From contig CP060223.1 of assembly GCA_023898465.1 (NCBI GenBank), positions 288,001-352,000 on the forward strand: a stretch of 64,000 nt of DNA. Direction: 5' to 3'. The notes under the pieces are model-generated. The model had not been told where the DNA came from. It worked only from the letters and a program-made list of their open reading frames with translations, and did not search any database. The position numbers and the translations under genes were made by a program. Shown piece by piece: positions 55,327-64,000 of this stretch; within the stretch, counting starts at the first letter, position 1; each line of letters begins with the position of its first letter. Source of the stretch: Candidatus Nomurabacteria bacterium. GTDB taxonomy: Bacteria > Patescibacteriota > Patescibacteriia > HK-STAS-PATE-3.

Positions 55327-57531
55327 ATGCTACACTCATCCAAATCTAACTCGACCGAAGGCGTCCCACAACAAAATGTGCTTGATTTGCGCAAAATGTT
55401 GCAGCGGCCAAAACCAGCGCCAGAAGTAAAGAAAAAACCTGTTCAGAAAATAGTGAAAGAGCAGCTTTCTTCTCTTCGCCCGACTCATTTCTCAATTGAA
55501 AAACCAAAGGTGAGCATGCGCTTACCTCAGGTTTCTTTTGTATATTTCCGTCGCCTACCTGGACATTGGCGAAGTGTGCTGGTCTTTGCGGCGATTGCGT
55601 TACTTTTACTCAGTCCTATGCTCCTAAGCGGGCCTGTACGTCGTTTACATACAGCGAAAGGTGAAGTTTTAGCTGCCTCCACTCAAGCCTATGCGTTTTT
55701 ACAAACAGCCGGTGATGAGGCGAGTCAATTTGAGTTTAGCAAGGCTGAGGATGCTTTTAACCAGGCGCTCAGTCAATTTCAAGATGCGCAAAATTCTTTT
55801 GATGGTATTGGTGGCTCATTAAAGACGATTTTGCGGATTATGCCTTTTACCGGCTCCTCAGTCACTACTGGTGAAGCGTTGCTGACGGCTGGTCAGTCAA
55901 TCGCCCGAGCTGGTCAACGCTTTAGCCAGGCGGCGCAGGTGCTGACCGAGCAAACGAGTCAACTTGATCCAAATGTAGAGCAGGGCACAAATTTACAAGA
56001 AATTTTTCAAGTACTTCCCCCGGCTTTAGATGATATTAGCAGTGACATCGATGTTGCGCTGGCAGCAATTAAAAAGGTTGATCCAAAGCAGGTACCAGAA
56101 TCATATCGAGATGCGCTTGAGCAAGTGCGAAGTCAGCTGCCGAGTTTTTATGTAGCATTCCATCGAGTTCAATCAAGTGTTCATGTGCTATCTACACTCT
56201 TCTCTAGCGGCGAAGAAAAGCAATACGCTCTCGTCTTTCAAAATAGTAATGAGCTACGCCCGACCGGTGGCTTCATGGGGAGCTGGGCGCTTATCAGTGT
56301 ACGGGATGGCCGAGTAAAGGTGCTTGAAGTGCCAGGGCGGGGTTTCCTCGACTTAAATTTTGGAAGCGATGCACCGTATGTGCCACCTGAGCCTCTCCAG
56401 CTCGTTAATCCGACTTGGCAAATTCAAGACGCGAATTGGTGGCCAGATTTTCCTAGCTCGGCCGAGAAAATTAATTGGTTCTACGAGCGGGCAAGAGGAT
56501 ACCAGCTTGATGGCATTATTGCCATGACACCAGCAGTCGTAGAGGATTTACTTAGCTTAACCGGCTCAATTGAGTTACCTGACTATGATTTGCAGGTTGA
56601 TGCCGAGAGCTTCCGCACCGGTTTACAAGAGGCAGTTGAAGTGACCTATGATAAGGAGTTGAACCAGCCGAAGCAAGTTGTTGGAGCATTATTGCCCAAG
56701 CTGCTTGAATCAGTTTTTGCGCTGCCAACCAAGGATTTACTACAGGTCGCATCAGTCTTAACCGATTCATTGGCTCATCGAGATATTTTACTTTATAGCA
56801 AAGATGTTGACTTACAGAACGAAATTCGCGACTTAGGTTGGGCTGGGGAGGTGTTATCGGCGCCGCATGATTATCTTCAAGTGGTCGAAGCGAACATCGG
56901 GGGTGGCAAGACCGATGGCATGATGCAGCAAGATATTTCCCATGAAGTAAGTATCCAATCTGATGGAAGTCTAGAAGTGCACCTAACCTTGCACCGGCGT
57001 AATCTCGGCGATCCAAATGACGAGTGGACTGGTGTGAAAAATGTCTCGTACTTGCGTTTCTATGTGCCAGAGGGAAGTCGTTTCTTAAGCGCTGAGGGAT
57101 TTACTGCGATTGGTCCAGGGCGTCAGCAACGCGTACCCTCTGATGCACAAAGCGATCCGACGAGTGCTGGGCTCGAGCAAATTGATGCAGAGGATGCGCT
57201 TTCCCATACGCAGATAAGTCATGGCTTTGCTAAGACAATATTTGGTAATTGGCTTGAATTAGGCCCTGGTGAAGAAGTAACTGCAACAATAAGCTATCAA
57301 CTACCGTTTACTTGGGATGATGTGCGTAAGGATGGATATAGCCTCTATGTTCAACAACAAGCCGGGACGAGTCAGCGTACATTACTAAGTAGTTTTAGTT
57401 TTCCTGAATCATTTACTCCAAACTGGTCTAGTCCGACCGGTGGAGAGGTATATCGCCTCGGAAATTCGGTGCGCTTTTCTGCTCCTTTAGTAATGGATCA
57501 GAGTTATGCGCTTTCTTTTACTAAGCGCTAG
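55327..57531 (+). CDS. DUF4012-domain protein (N-terminal TM anchor)
   Basis: LRPTGGFMGSWALISV motif characteristic of DUF4012. Typical polysaccharide-cluster neighbour. Confidence 0.6.
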   Translation: MLHSSKSNSTEGVPQQNVLDLRKMLQRPKPAPEVKKKPVQKIVKEQLSSLRPTHFSIEKPKVSMRLPQVSFVYFRRLPGHWRSVLVFAAIALLLLSPMLLSGPVRRLHTAKGEVLAASTQAYAFLQTAGDEASQFEFSKAEDAFNQALSQFQDAQNSFDGIGGSLKTILRIMPFTGSSVTTGEALLTAGQSIARAGQRFSQAAQVLTEQTSQLDPNVEQGTNLQEIFQVLPPALDDISSDIDVALAAIKKVDPKQVPESYRDALEQVRSQLPSFYVAFHRVQSSVHVLSTLFSSGEEKQYALVFQNSNELRPTGGFMGSWALISVRDGRVKVLEVPGRGFLDLNFGSDAPYVPPEPLQLVNPTWQIQDANWWPDFPSSAEKINWFYERARGYQLDGIIAMTPAVVEDLLSLTGSIELPDYDLQVDAESFRTGLQEAVEVTYDKELNQPKQVVGALLPKLLESVFALPTKDLLQVASVLTDSLAHRDILLYSKDVDLQNEIRDLGWAGEVLSAPHDYLQVVEANIGGGKTDGMMQQDISHEVSIQSDGSLEVHLTLHRRNLGDPNDEWTGVKNVSYLRFYVPEGSRFLSAEGFTAIGPGRQQRVPSDAQSDPTSAGLEQIDAEDALSHTQISHGFAKTIFGNWLELGPGEEVTATISYQLPFTWDDVRKDGYSLYVQQQAGTSQRTLLSSFSFPESFTPNWSSPTGGEVYRLGNSVRFSAPLVMDQSYALSFTKR

Positions 57532-57545
57532 TAGAATAGCATTTT

Positions 57546-59177
57546 ATGAGTGGTCGCTGGCAACGAATTCAAACATCACTAACTGGCGGAGCCTTGCTGA
57601 TTGCAGCGGCTTCTTTAGTGAGTAAGGTATTAGGCTTTGTTCGTGACAGGCTTTTGGCTGCTCAATTTGGCGCAGGTGATACGCTTGATGCGTACTATGC
57701 AGCGTTTAAGCTTCCGGACTTAATATTTAATGTGCTGGTGCTCGGCGCCTTATCAGCAGCTTTCATCCCTGTTTTTATCGAGCGTTGGCAAAAATGTCAG
57801 ACCGAAGAAGAAAAACAGCAAGCGTGGCATATTGCAAATTCGGTTTTAAATATTTTGCTGATTATTCTGGCGGTCCTTAGCGTGCTCTTGATACTTTTCG
57901 CGCCGTGGTTAGTACCGTTTTTGGCTCCTGGATTTCCTGAAGAGAAGATGCGTCTAACTGTGCAGCTGACGCAGATCATGCTCGGTTCGATTCTTTTCTT
58001 CGGGGTGAGTAATGTGTTTAGCGGCCTATTAAACGCTTTTCGACGATTTGCTGCGTATGCTATGGCGCCGATTTTTTACAACGTCGGCATCATCGTCGGT
58101 ATCACCGCGTTTTATAGCTGGTGGGGCATCCCAGGTTTAGCCTGGGGGGTTGTGTTAGGTGCGGCATTGCACATGCTTGTACAAATTCCGGCCGTCTTTC
58201 ACACGGGTTATCGCTATTCCACCGCACTTGATATGCGCGATCCAGCAGTGAAAAAAATAATGCGCCTTATTTTGCCGCGAACTTTAGGCCTAGCAGTAAA
58301 CCAATTGAACAATGTTGTCATTACCATCATTGGGTCAACTCTGGCAGCGGGCTCGGTCGCCATTTTTAATTTTGCAAACAATTTACAAAGCTTTCCCATT
58401 GGCTTAGTCGGAGTTTCGCTTGCTGTGGCGGCCTTCCCATATTTTTCCGAAGCTTTTTCTCAGCAGGATAAAGAGAAGTTTGTGACGCATTTTTCTATAA
58501 CCCTACGTCGGATCGTCTTCTTTATCGTGCCGGCCGCTGTCCTCATCCTCTTACTACGTGCGCATATTGTTCGTGTTGTCTTGGGGGCAGGGGAGTTTGA
58601 TTGGGAGGCAACATATTTAACTGCGCAGACGCTGGGGTATTTCGCAGTCTCACTAGTAGCCCAAAGTTTATTACCAATGTTAGCTCGGTCTTTTTATGCT
58701 GATCAGGATACAAGCACTCCGGTAAAAATCGCTGTGGTCAGTCTCTTGGTCAACGTCGCTTTATCGATCTGGTTGGCGCCTCAGCACGGAATACTTGGTT
58801 TGGCTGCTGCATTTTCCGTAGCCAATGTGGTGAATATGCTGCTCTTATTGGCAGTGCTTCGGGTACGGCATGGAAATCTCGATGACGAGAGAATAATCCG
58901 ATCGACTATTAATATTTTACTCGCCTCAGCAGTGATGGCCTTGGTTACCTGGATAAGTTTGCGCGCATTTTTACCTGGAATTAACAATCGGACCTTTATC
59001 GGCATCTTCTTGCAAGGGGCAATAGCGGGCAGTATTGGTATTCTTGTATATTTGGGAATTGCCATCACTTTCCGTTTTGATGAGGTGCATCTTGTCACAA
59101 CACGTCTGCAGCGGATTTGGCAACAATTGAGAGCTGTGCTAAGAAACGGTGGTAAGTGGAAACAGGGAGCAGAATAA
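57546..59177 (+). CDS. murJ: lipid II flippase MurJ
   Basis: 14-TM MOP-superfamily protein with an MviN-like N-terminus (LVSKVLGFVRDRLLAAQFGAGDTLDAYYAAFKLPD). Confidence 0.85.
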   Translation: MSGRWQRIQTSLTGGALLIAAASLVSKVLGFVRDRLLAAQFGAGDTLDAYYAAFKLPDLIFNVLVLGALSAAFIPVFIERWQKCQTEEEKQQAWHIANSVLNILLIILAVLSVLLILFAPWLVPFLAPGFPEEKMRLTVQLTQIMLGSILFFGVSNVFSGLLNAFRRFAAYAMAPIFYNVGIIVGITAFYSWWGIPGLAWGVVLGAALHMLVQIPAVFHTGYRYSTALDMRDPAVKKIMRLILPRTLGLAVNQLNNVVITIIGSTLAAGSVAIFNFANNLQSFPIGLVGVSLAVAAFPYFSEAFSQQDKEKFVTHFSITLRRIVFFIVPAAVLILLLRAHIVRVVLGAGEFDWEATYLTAQTLGYFAVSLVAQSLLPMLARSFYADQDTSTPVKIAVVSLLVNVALSIWLAPQHGILGLAAAFSVANVVNMLLLLAVLRVRHGNLDDERIIRSTINILLASAVMALVTWISLRAFLPGINNRTFIGIFLQGAIAGSIGILVYLGIAITFRFDEVHLVTTRLQRIWQQLRAVLRNGGKWKQGAE

Positions 59178-59185
59178 GCCCGTCT

Positions 59186-59290
59186 ATGCATCAACACATC
59201 CGTAATTTCAGCATCATTGCCCATATTGATCATCCCGCTACCACTCTGTTTTTTTATCTACTAAGTAGGCGGGACGGGACTCGGTAATCT
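59186..59290 (+). pseudogene. remnant 5' fragment of lepA (encodes MHQHIRNFSIIAHIDH...), synonymously recoded relative to the real lepA start
   Basis: The 12-aa stretch IRNFSIIAHIDH is encoded at 59201-59236 and again in lepA at 59314-59349 with about nine synonymous differences. The fragment ORF then diverges and stops. Confidence 0.55.
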
Positions 59291-59292
59291 CT

Positions 59293-61074
59293 ATGAATTC
59301 CGCTGATAAGCAAATTCGAAATTTTAGTATTATCGCTCATATCGATCATGGGAAGTCGACTTTAGCCGATCGATTCTTGGAGTTGACAGGTACAGTAGAT
59401 GCTCGGCATATGCGAGCTCAGTATCTCGACCGGATGGATTTAGAGCGTGAACGGGGTATTACGATCAAGCTCAAGCCAATTCAGATGCAGTATAAGGGCT
59501 ATACCCTGAACTTGATTGATACACCAGGTCATGTGGATTTTACCTATGAGGTATCACGTTCCTTAGCAGCTGTTGAGGGGGTAATTCTCATTGTCGATGC
59601 GACGCAAGGTGTCGAGGCGCAGACAGTCGCCAATCTTTACTTAGCTTTGCAACAGGATCTACAGATCATTCCGGTTATGAACAAAATTGATCTGCCGAAT
59701 GCTGATGTGCCGCGGGTGAGGCAGGAATTAGCCCAACTCATCGGTGTGGACCCCGAGTCAATTTTAGCTGTTTCTGCCAAGACGGGGGAAGGTGTCGAAG
59801 CAGTACTTGAGCGAATTATTGCTGAAGTGCCAGCACCCAAAGGTACGCTTGATGCACCAACCCAGGCGCTTATTTTTGACTCCTACTTTGATGACTATCG
59901 AGGAGTGATTAGCTCGGTGCGAGTGGTCAACGGCGCAATTCGCAGCAATGAGGATATCCGTTTTCTTGCTACCAAAACGCAAACCAAAGCGCTCGAGGTT
60001 GGTCACTTTGGCATGGAGTTTCAACCAAAGCCTGAAATAAAAGCCGGCGAGATTGGATATATCGTGACCGGACTGCGTGACATTGAAAAGGCAAAAGTGG
60101 GTGATACGATAAGCACCACGAAAAGCGTTGCCACAGCACTGCCGGGATATCAGGCAATGAAGCCAATGGTTTTTGCCGCACTCTATTGCCAATCGGGCGA
60201 TGAGTTTGAGCGATTGCGCGAAGGAATTGAAAAGTTAAAATTGAACGACGCTGCCTTAGACTACATTCCTGAGCATTCGCCAGCACTAGGTTTTGGTTTT
60301 CGCTGTGGTTTCTTAGGCATGCTGCATATGGAAGTGGTAGAGCAGCGTCTGAAGCGAGAATTTGGTATCAGTGTTATTGTGAGCGCCCCATCAGTGGCCT
60401 ATCGAATCACTACAACAAACAAAGAAACAAAGGATTATGCAAATCCGATGGATTGGCCGGAAGCGAATCACATAGTGAAAGTTGAGGAGCCGTGGATGAG
60501 TGTAACCGTCGTCAGTCCAAACGACTGGATAGGCCCGGTCATGCAGGCAGTGACTGATCGGCGCGGGGTGTACAAGACTACCGAGTATCTCGAAGGAGGT
60601 CGCTTAGTGTTGCATTATGAAGTGCCTTTATCCTCGTTGATCAGCGATTTTCATGATACACTGAAGAGCGTATCGCAGGGTTATGCTTCTTTAAATTACG
60701 ATTATTTAGGCTTCCGAGAGGCAGACGTGACTCGATTGGATATCCACGTTGCCGAAGAGATGGTTGATGCGCTCACCATGATTGTGAATAGCGATGAGGC
60801 GTATCGAGAAGGTCGACGCGTGGTTGATACCCTCAAGGACATCCTTCCTCGTCAACAGTTTGAACTCAAAATCCAAGCCTTGATTGGCGGTAAGGTGATT
60901 GCCTCCAGCCGAATCGCTCCATTGCGCAAAGATGTCACGGCAAAACTCTATGGAGGCGATGTCACTCGTAAGCGTAAACTCTTGGAAAAGCAGAAAAAGG
61001 GAAAGAAGCGCATGAAAACCATGGGGCGCGTTTCTATCCCGGCTGATGCTTATATTAAACTGTTGCGGCGTTAA
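59293..61074 (+). CDS. lepA: elongation factor 4 (LepA)
   Basis: IRNFSIIAHIDHGKSTL G1 motif, DTPGHVDF, NKID and the LepA-specific C-terminal domain. Confidence 0.9.
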   Translation: MNSADKQIRNFSIIAHIDHGKSTLADRFLELTGTVDARHMRAQYLDRMDLERERGITIKLKPIQMQYKGYTLNLIDTPGHVDFTYEVSRSLAAVEGVILIVDATQGVEAQTVANLYLALQQDLQIIPVMNKIDLPNADVPRVRQELAQLIGVDPESILAVSAKTGEGVEAVLERIIAEVPAPKGTLDAPTQALIFDSYFDDYRGVISSVRVVNGAIRSNEDIRFLATKTQTKALEVGHFGMEFQPKPEIKAGEIGYIVTGLRDIEKAKVGDTISTTKSVATALPGYQAMKPMVFAALYCQSGDEFERLREGIEKLKLNDAALDYIPEHSPALGFGFRCGFLGMLHMEVVEQRLKREFGISVIVSAPSVAYRITTTNKETKDYANPMDWPEANHIVKVEEPWMSVTVVSPNDWIGPVMQAVTDRRGVYKTTEYLEGGRLVLHYEVPLSSLISDFHDTLKSVSQGYASLNYDYLGFREADVTRLDIHVAEEMVDALTMIVNSDEAYREGRRVVDTLKDILPRQQFELKIQALIGGKVIASSRIAPLRKDVTAKLYGGDVTRKRKLLEKQKKGKKRMKTMGRVSIPADAYIKLLRR

Positions 61075-61182
61075 TTCCCTTATCTAGCTGAAAAACGGTG
61101 ATATCGTAAAGAGTATCATTGCTGCCAGCATGATGATGGAAACAACCAGCCAAATCTTGTGTGCGGTTTTCTTACGTGCCAT

Positions 61183-61731
61183 ATGCTCGATTCGTATATT
61201 AGCAAAAATTTAAAAGATGGAGAAACGGTCTTGCGGATAGTGAAGCAATTTCCCTTTATGGTGGCATTTCGACTTTCTCTGCTGGGCATTGTGCTGCTGC
61301 TCGATTTCTTCTTTTTAACCTTTTTTATACAAAGAGGCACCTGGGGCTTTCTTCTCTTTTGCTTGGTGCTTTTAGCGGTGATTTTTTTCTCATGGCGTCA
61401 ATGGTACATGTGGTCAATGAATGTTCTGCTCATTACCAACCAGAGGATTGTTGATATTGATCAAAGAGGCTTTTTTGATCGTACGGTTTCTGAGACCACC
61501 TATCGACGTATTCAAGATGTGAGTTATTCAAGCTCAGGTATCTTTGCCACACTTTTTCACTATGGCAGGATTGTTATTCAAACTGCAGGCACGCAGACGA
61601 GGATTGAATTGGCCTATATTAAGAATCCAGAGCACGTGCAAGATCTGATTACGCATCTTCAGGATGAGAGCGCGCTGACTGATCGAGCAAAAAGTCAGCC
61701 AGAGGAGGGGAACCATGCCCAGGAAATCTAA
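61183..61731 (+). CDS. membrane protein with bacterial PH-like domain (DUF304/YdbT-like)
   Basis: Two TM helices followed by a bPH-like region (VLLITNQRIVDID...GRIVIQTAG). Confidence 0.5.
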   Translation: MLDSYISKNLKDGETVLRIVKQFPFMVAFRLSLLGIVLLLDFFFLTFFIQRGTWGFLLFCLVLLAVIFFSWRQWYMWSMNVLLITNQRIVDIDQRGFFDRTVSETTYRRIQDVSYSSSGIFATLFHYGRIVIQTAGTQTRIELAYIKNPEHVQDLITHLQDESALTDRAKSQPEEGNHAQEI

Positions 61732-62137
61732 AAAGCGCCAAACGCAACAAAATCCCTTAGCCAAAACTCGCTTTGTGCTAGCTCTTGCTTTACTCGTTCT
61801 CGCCGTAATCAGTACCTCAATTGTAAAAGAGCTTATCCGGCGTCACGATGTACATAGTGAGTTATCTGGTTTATCAGAGGAAATTGCAGCCCTAGAGTCA
61901 CGCAATACTGAGCTGGGCTCGCTTCTGACATATTTGCAAAGCTCGACCTACCATGAACAAGAAGCTCGTCTTAAACTTGGCCTCCAGGGTCAGGGCGAGC
62001 GAGTACTTATTGTGCCAGGCTCCGAAAAAACTTTGCCTGACAACGTAAATGTAGAGAATGCAAAAGGTACAGATCCCCAAAAAGTGCAGGGTAATCCAAA
62101 CAAATGGTGGAAGTGGCTTTTCTTGGCAAAAGATTGA
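61715..62137 (+). CDS. FtsB/DivIC-like septum formation protein
   Basis: N-terminal TM helix, then a coiled coil (EIAALESRNTELGSL) and HEQEARLKLGL motif typical of FtsB/DivIC. Confidence 0.55.
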   Translation: MPRKSKKRQTQQNPLAKTRFVLALALLVLAVISTSIVKELIRRHDVHSELSGLSEEIAALESRNTELGSLLTYLQSSTYHEQEARLKLGLQGQGERVLIVPGSEKTLPDNVNVENAKGTDPQKVQGNPNKWWKWLFLAKD

Positions 62138-62190
62138 CGGAAAAGGCCTAATTCCGTACACTTCTAGAGTACTATCTTTATCTCAATCCC

Positions 62191-63243
62191 ATGCCTCAGA
62201 CACAACCAAGTCAAGAAAGTCCTGCCGCTGCTCCTACGCCGGCGCCAGTAATGCCAGATGCTCAAGCTAAAATGAAAAAGCCGCAACTCAACAATCTCTA
62301 TGTCAAAGTTATCGGAGGCGTCCTCGGACTCTTTGTCTTGTTATTGATTGTGGTTGGTCTTGGTTTGTACGTGTTTGACTGGAAGGTAAATGTAGTCACT
62401 AATGTGGCAAAAACACTTCGCTATCCTATTGTCTTTGCGAATAGTCAGCCAATTTCCTACACCGCAATGCTGGAGGATAAGGCGACATTAAGTCATTACT
62501 ACAAAGCGCAATCAGACCTAAGTCCTGATCTCTTCCCAGAACCAAGTGACGAGGAGTTAACTGCAATTGTGTTAAATAAGCTGCTTAGCGACGCAATGAC
62601 AAATCAAATTGCGCATGATCAGGGTGTGAAGGTGAGTAACGCTGATGTGGAGTCAGAATACCAAAGCGTTGTTAGTCAATCAGGTAATGTTGAGACTGTA
62701 GAGCAAAATATTCGCGATCTATATAATTGGGACGTTGCCACCTTTAAAGAAAAGGTAATTCGACCCTTCCTCGTTCGCTCAGCAATTCAAGAGAAACTGG
62801 CGAATAATAACGATGAAAATGCACAAAAGCGTGAGTTAGCTGATGCGGTTTTGGCCAGAGTAAAAAATGGCAATGAAGATTTTGGCGAAGTTGCCAAGCA
62901 GTTTAGCGAAGATGAATCAACTGCCAGCAATGGCGGTGAGCTAGGCTTCTTTGGTCAGGGAGAAATGGTGCAGCCATTTGAAGACGCAGTGAGTCAACTT
63001 GAGCCAGGTGAAGTCAGCGACATCGTTGAAACGAGCTTTGGCTATCACATCATTCAACTCGAGGAAAAAGCTACGGACGATGATGGTAATCCAACTTATC
63101 GAGCCCGCCATATCCTCATCCGCACAAAGAGCGTGGACGACCTCATTGATGAGCGTCTAAAAGATGCCTCAGTATGGTTGCTTGCCAAGGGCTTTGTATG
63201 GAGCAAGGATGATGTCCAGGTATTGCCAGAAAGCGCACTATAG
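62191..63243 (+). CDS. parvulin-type peptidyl-prolyl cis-trans isomerase (SurA/PrsA-like), membrane-anchored
   Basis: N-terminal TM helix and a C-terminal PpiC domain (GGELGFFGQGEMVQPFEDA...FGYHIIQ). Confidence 0.75.
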   Translation: MPQTQPSQESPAAAPTPAPVMPDAQAKMKKPQLNNLYVKVIGGVLGLFVLLLIVVGLGLYVFDWKVNVVTNVAKTLRYPIVFANSQPISYTAMLEDKATLSHYYKAQSDLSPDLFPEPSDEELTAIVLNKLLSDAMTNQIAHDQGVKVSNADVESEYQSVVSQSGNVETVEQNIRDLYNWDVATFKEKVIRPFLVRSAIQEKLANNNDENAQKRELADAVLARVKNGNEDFGEVAKQFSEDESTASNGGELGFFGQGEMVQPFEDAVSQLEPGEVSDIVETSFGYHIIQLEEKATDDDGNPTYRARHILIRTKSVDDLIDERLKDASVWLLAKGFVWSKDDVQVLPESAL

Positions 63244-63283
63244 GGATGCTAAAAAGTAGCTTCGCACAGTACGATGCGGAGCG

Positions 63284-63359
63284 TGGAGCCGAAGGGGGGA
63301 GTCGAACCCCCGACCTCTGCTTTACGAAAGCATTGCTCTACCAACTGAGCTACTTCGGC
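63284..63359 (-). tRNA. tRNA-Thr (anticodon CGT), CCA encoded
   Basis: Reverse complement folds as GCCGAAG acceptor, GCTCAGTTGGTAGAGC D-arm, anticodon loop TTCGTAA, T-arm GGGGGTTCGACTCCCCC, discriminator T, CCA. Confidence 0.85.
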
Positions 63360-63424
63360 GAGTTATTATTGTCCGATTTTCAGAGCAAGGGAAGAATAGC
63401 GAAGACAGGGGAGTAACGTCAAGA

Positions 63425-64000
63425 AATGGCCTATCCGATTCATCCAAAAGCAGGCGATTACTTTTTACAGGGAGGTCGCTTTGGGGTATTGCTTACTCAT
63501 GGCTTTTCTGGCTCTGCCTATGACCTGCGCGAGTTGGCCGAAGAGCTGCATACTCAAGGCTGGACCGTCTTAGTGAAGAGGTTAGCTGGCCACGGCACTG
63601 ATCCGCGTGATTTAGCGCAGAATGGGATAGCCGAGTGGCGAGCCTCGCTCGATGAAGCGCTTCATACACTACAAGAACATTGTGACAAAATCGCAGTTAT
63701 TGGCAATTCATTTGGCGGTAATCTTTTGACTGACCTGGCTCTGCGCCACCCAGGACAAGTATCCGGCATTGGGCTTTTATCAACGCCGATTTTTACCTAT
63801 GGTGAATGGTGGAAGCGTTTAGTGCTTCCTATGCTTATGCGTATTAAGTTTTCAGTGAAAAAGGCCTGGGTGCGCTACGAGGGTAAGGCTGATTATCTGG
63901 CTCGAGGTTCATACATTGAAATTCCGTTGCGTGCCTATAAGCAGTTTCTCGATTTTCTTAAGATCAGCCGCACTGAATTTTCACAGGTGCAGATCCCAGT
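63425..64000 (+). CDS. alpha/beta-hydrolase (esterase/lipase-like), 3' end outside the window
   Basis: GNSFGG nucleophile elbow (GxSxG) and HGFSGS oxyanion-hole region. Frame open to the window end. Confidence 0.6.

Noticed and set aside
1-64000. CRISPR arrays, transposases, integrases, toxin-antitoxin pairs
   Set aside because: I scanned for short regularly spaced direct repeats and for DDE or tyrosine-recombinase signatures and found none.

Overview
This is a 64 kb window from a compact, gene-dense bacterial chromosome of about 45-50% GC. Almost all genes are on the + strand, and the gene content (DUF4012, UPF0182, fermentative PduL/AckA/KorAB module, short alaS) resembles a small-genome Patescibacteria/CPR-like organism. 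This taxonomic guess is inference only.

Most of the window is housekeeping:
- Start of window: aspS (3' part), YbaK-like deacylase, scpA, scpB, tpiA, gap.
- Heat-shock operon: hrcA (with a perfect CIRCE operator), grpE, hsp20, dnaK, DUF3467, dnaJ.
- Pentose-phosphate block: tkt, ROK kinase, rpiB, rpe, then alaS and ssb.
- Lower glycolysis: pgk, eno and two tandem gpmI paralogs.
- Fermentative module: PduL phosphotransacylase, ackA, 2-oxoacid:ferredoxin oxidoreductase korA/korB.
- recJ, rnhA and a UPF0182 membrane protein.
- Cell-envelope polysaccharide cluster: sugar transferase, three GT4 glycosyltransferases, Wzz-like protein, DUF4012, murJ.
- End of window: lepA, FtsB-like protein, parvulin PPIase.

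RNA genes I can support:
- tRNA-Glu(CUC) at 5382-5456.
- tRNA-Thr(CGU) on the minus strand at 63284-63359.
- A bacterial type-A RNase P RNA at about 50613-51031, with its own sigma70-like promoter.

The most interesting locus is a low-GC, tightly packed three-gene island at 7667-13392 between a glycosyltransferase and the heat-shock operon. It encodes:
- a 1175-aa SNF2-family helicase whose C-terminus carries about twelve tandem 15-residue [CS]-x-h-[ST]-G-[KR] repeats;
- a translationally coupled protein combining a Cas4/RecB-like PD-(D/E)xK nuclease with a Cys cluster and a DEDD-like exonuclease domain;
- a double zinc-ribbon protein.

I read this as a candidate uncharacterised helicase-nuclease (defense or DNA-processing) system.

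Other observations:
- A 22-bp direct repeat of the tRNA-Glu 3' end sits about 150 bp downstream of the tRNA, looking like an attachment-site remnant. GC-rich, hairpin-dense noncoding stretches lie around and after it.
- Several small GC-rich, GC3-biased gene cassettes with GGAGGG ribosome-binding sites and their own terminators look like acquisitions from a high-GC donor.
- There is a candidate minus-strand sRNA with a canonical terminator.
- A synonymously recoded duplicate of the lepA 5' end lies immediately upstream of lepA.
- A GCCGTCGC repeat array lies upstream of ssb.

No CRISPR array, transposase or integrase was found.
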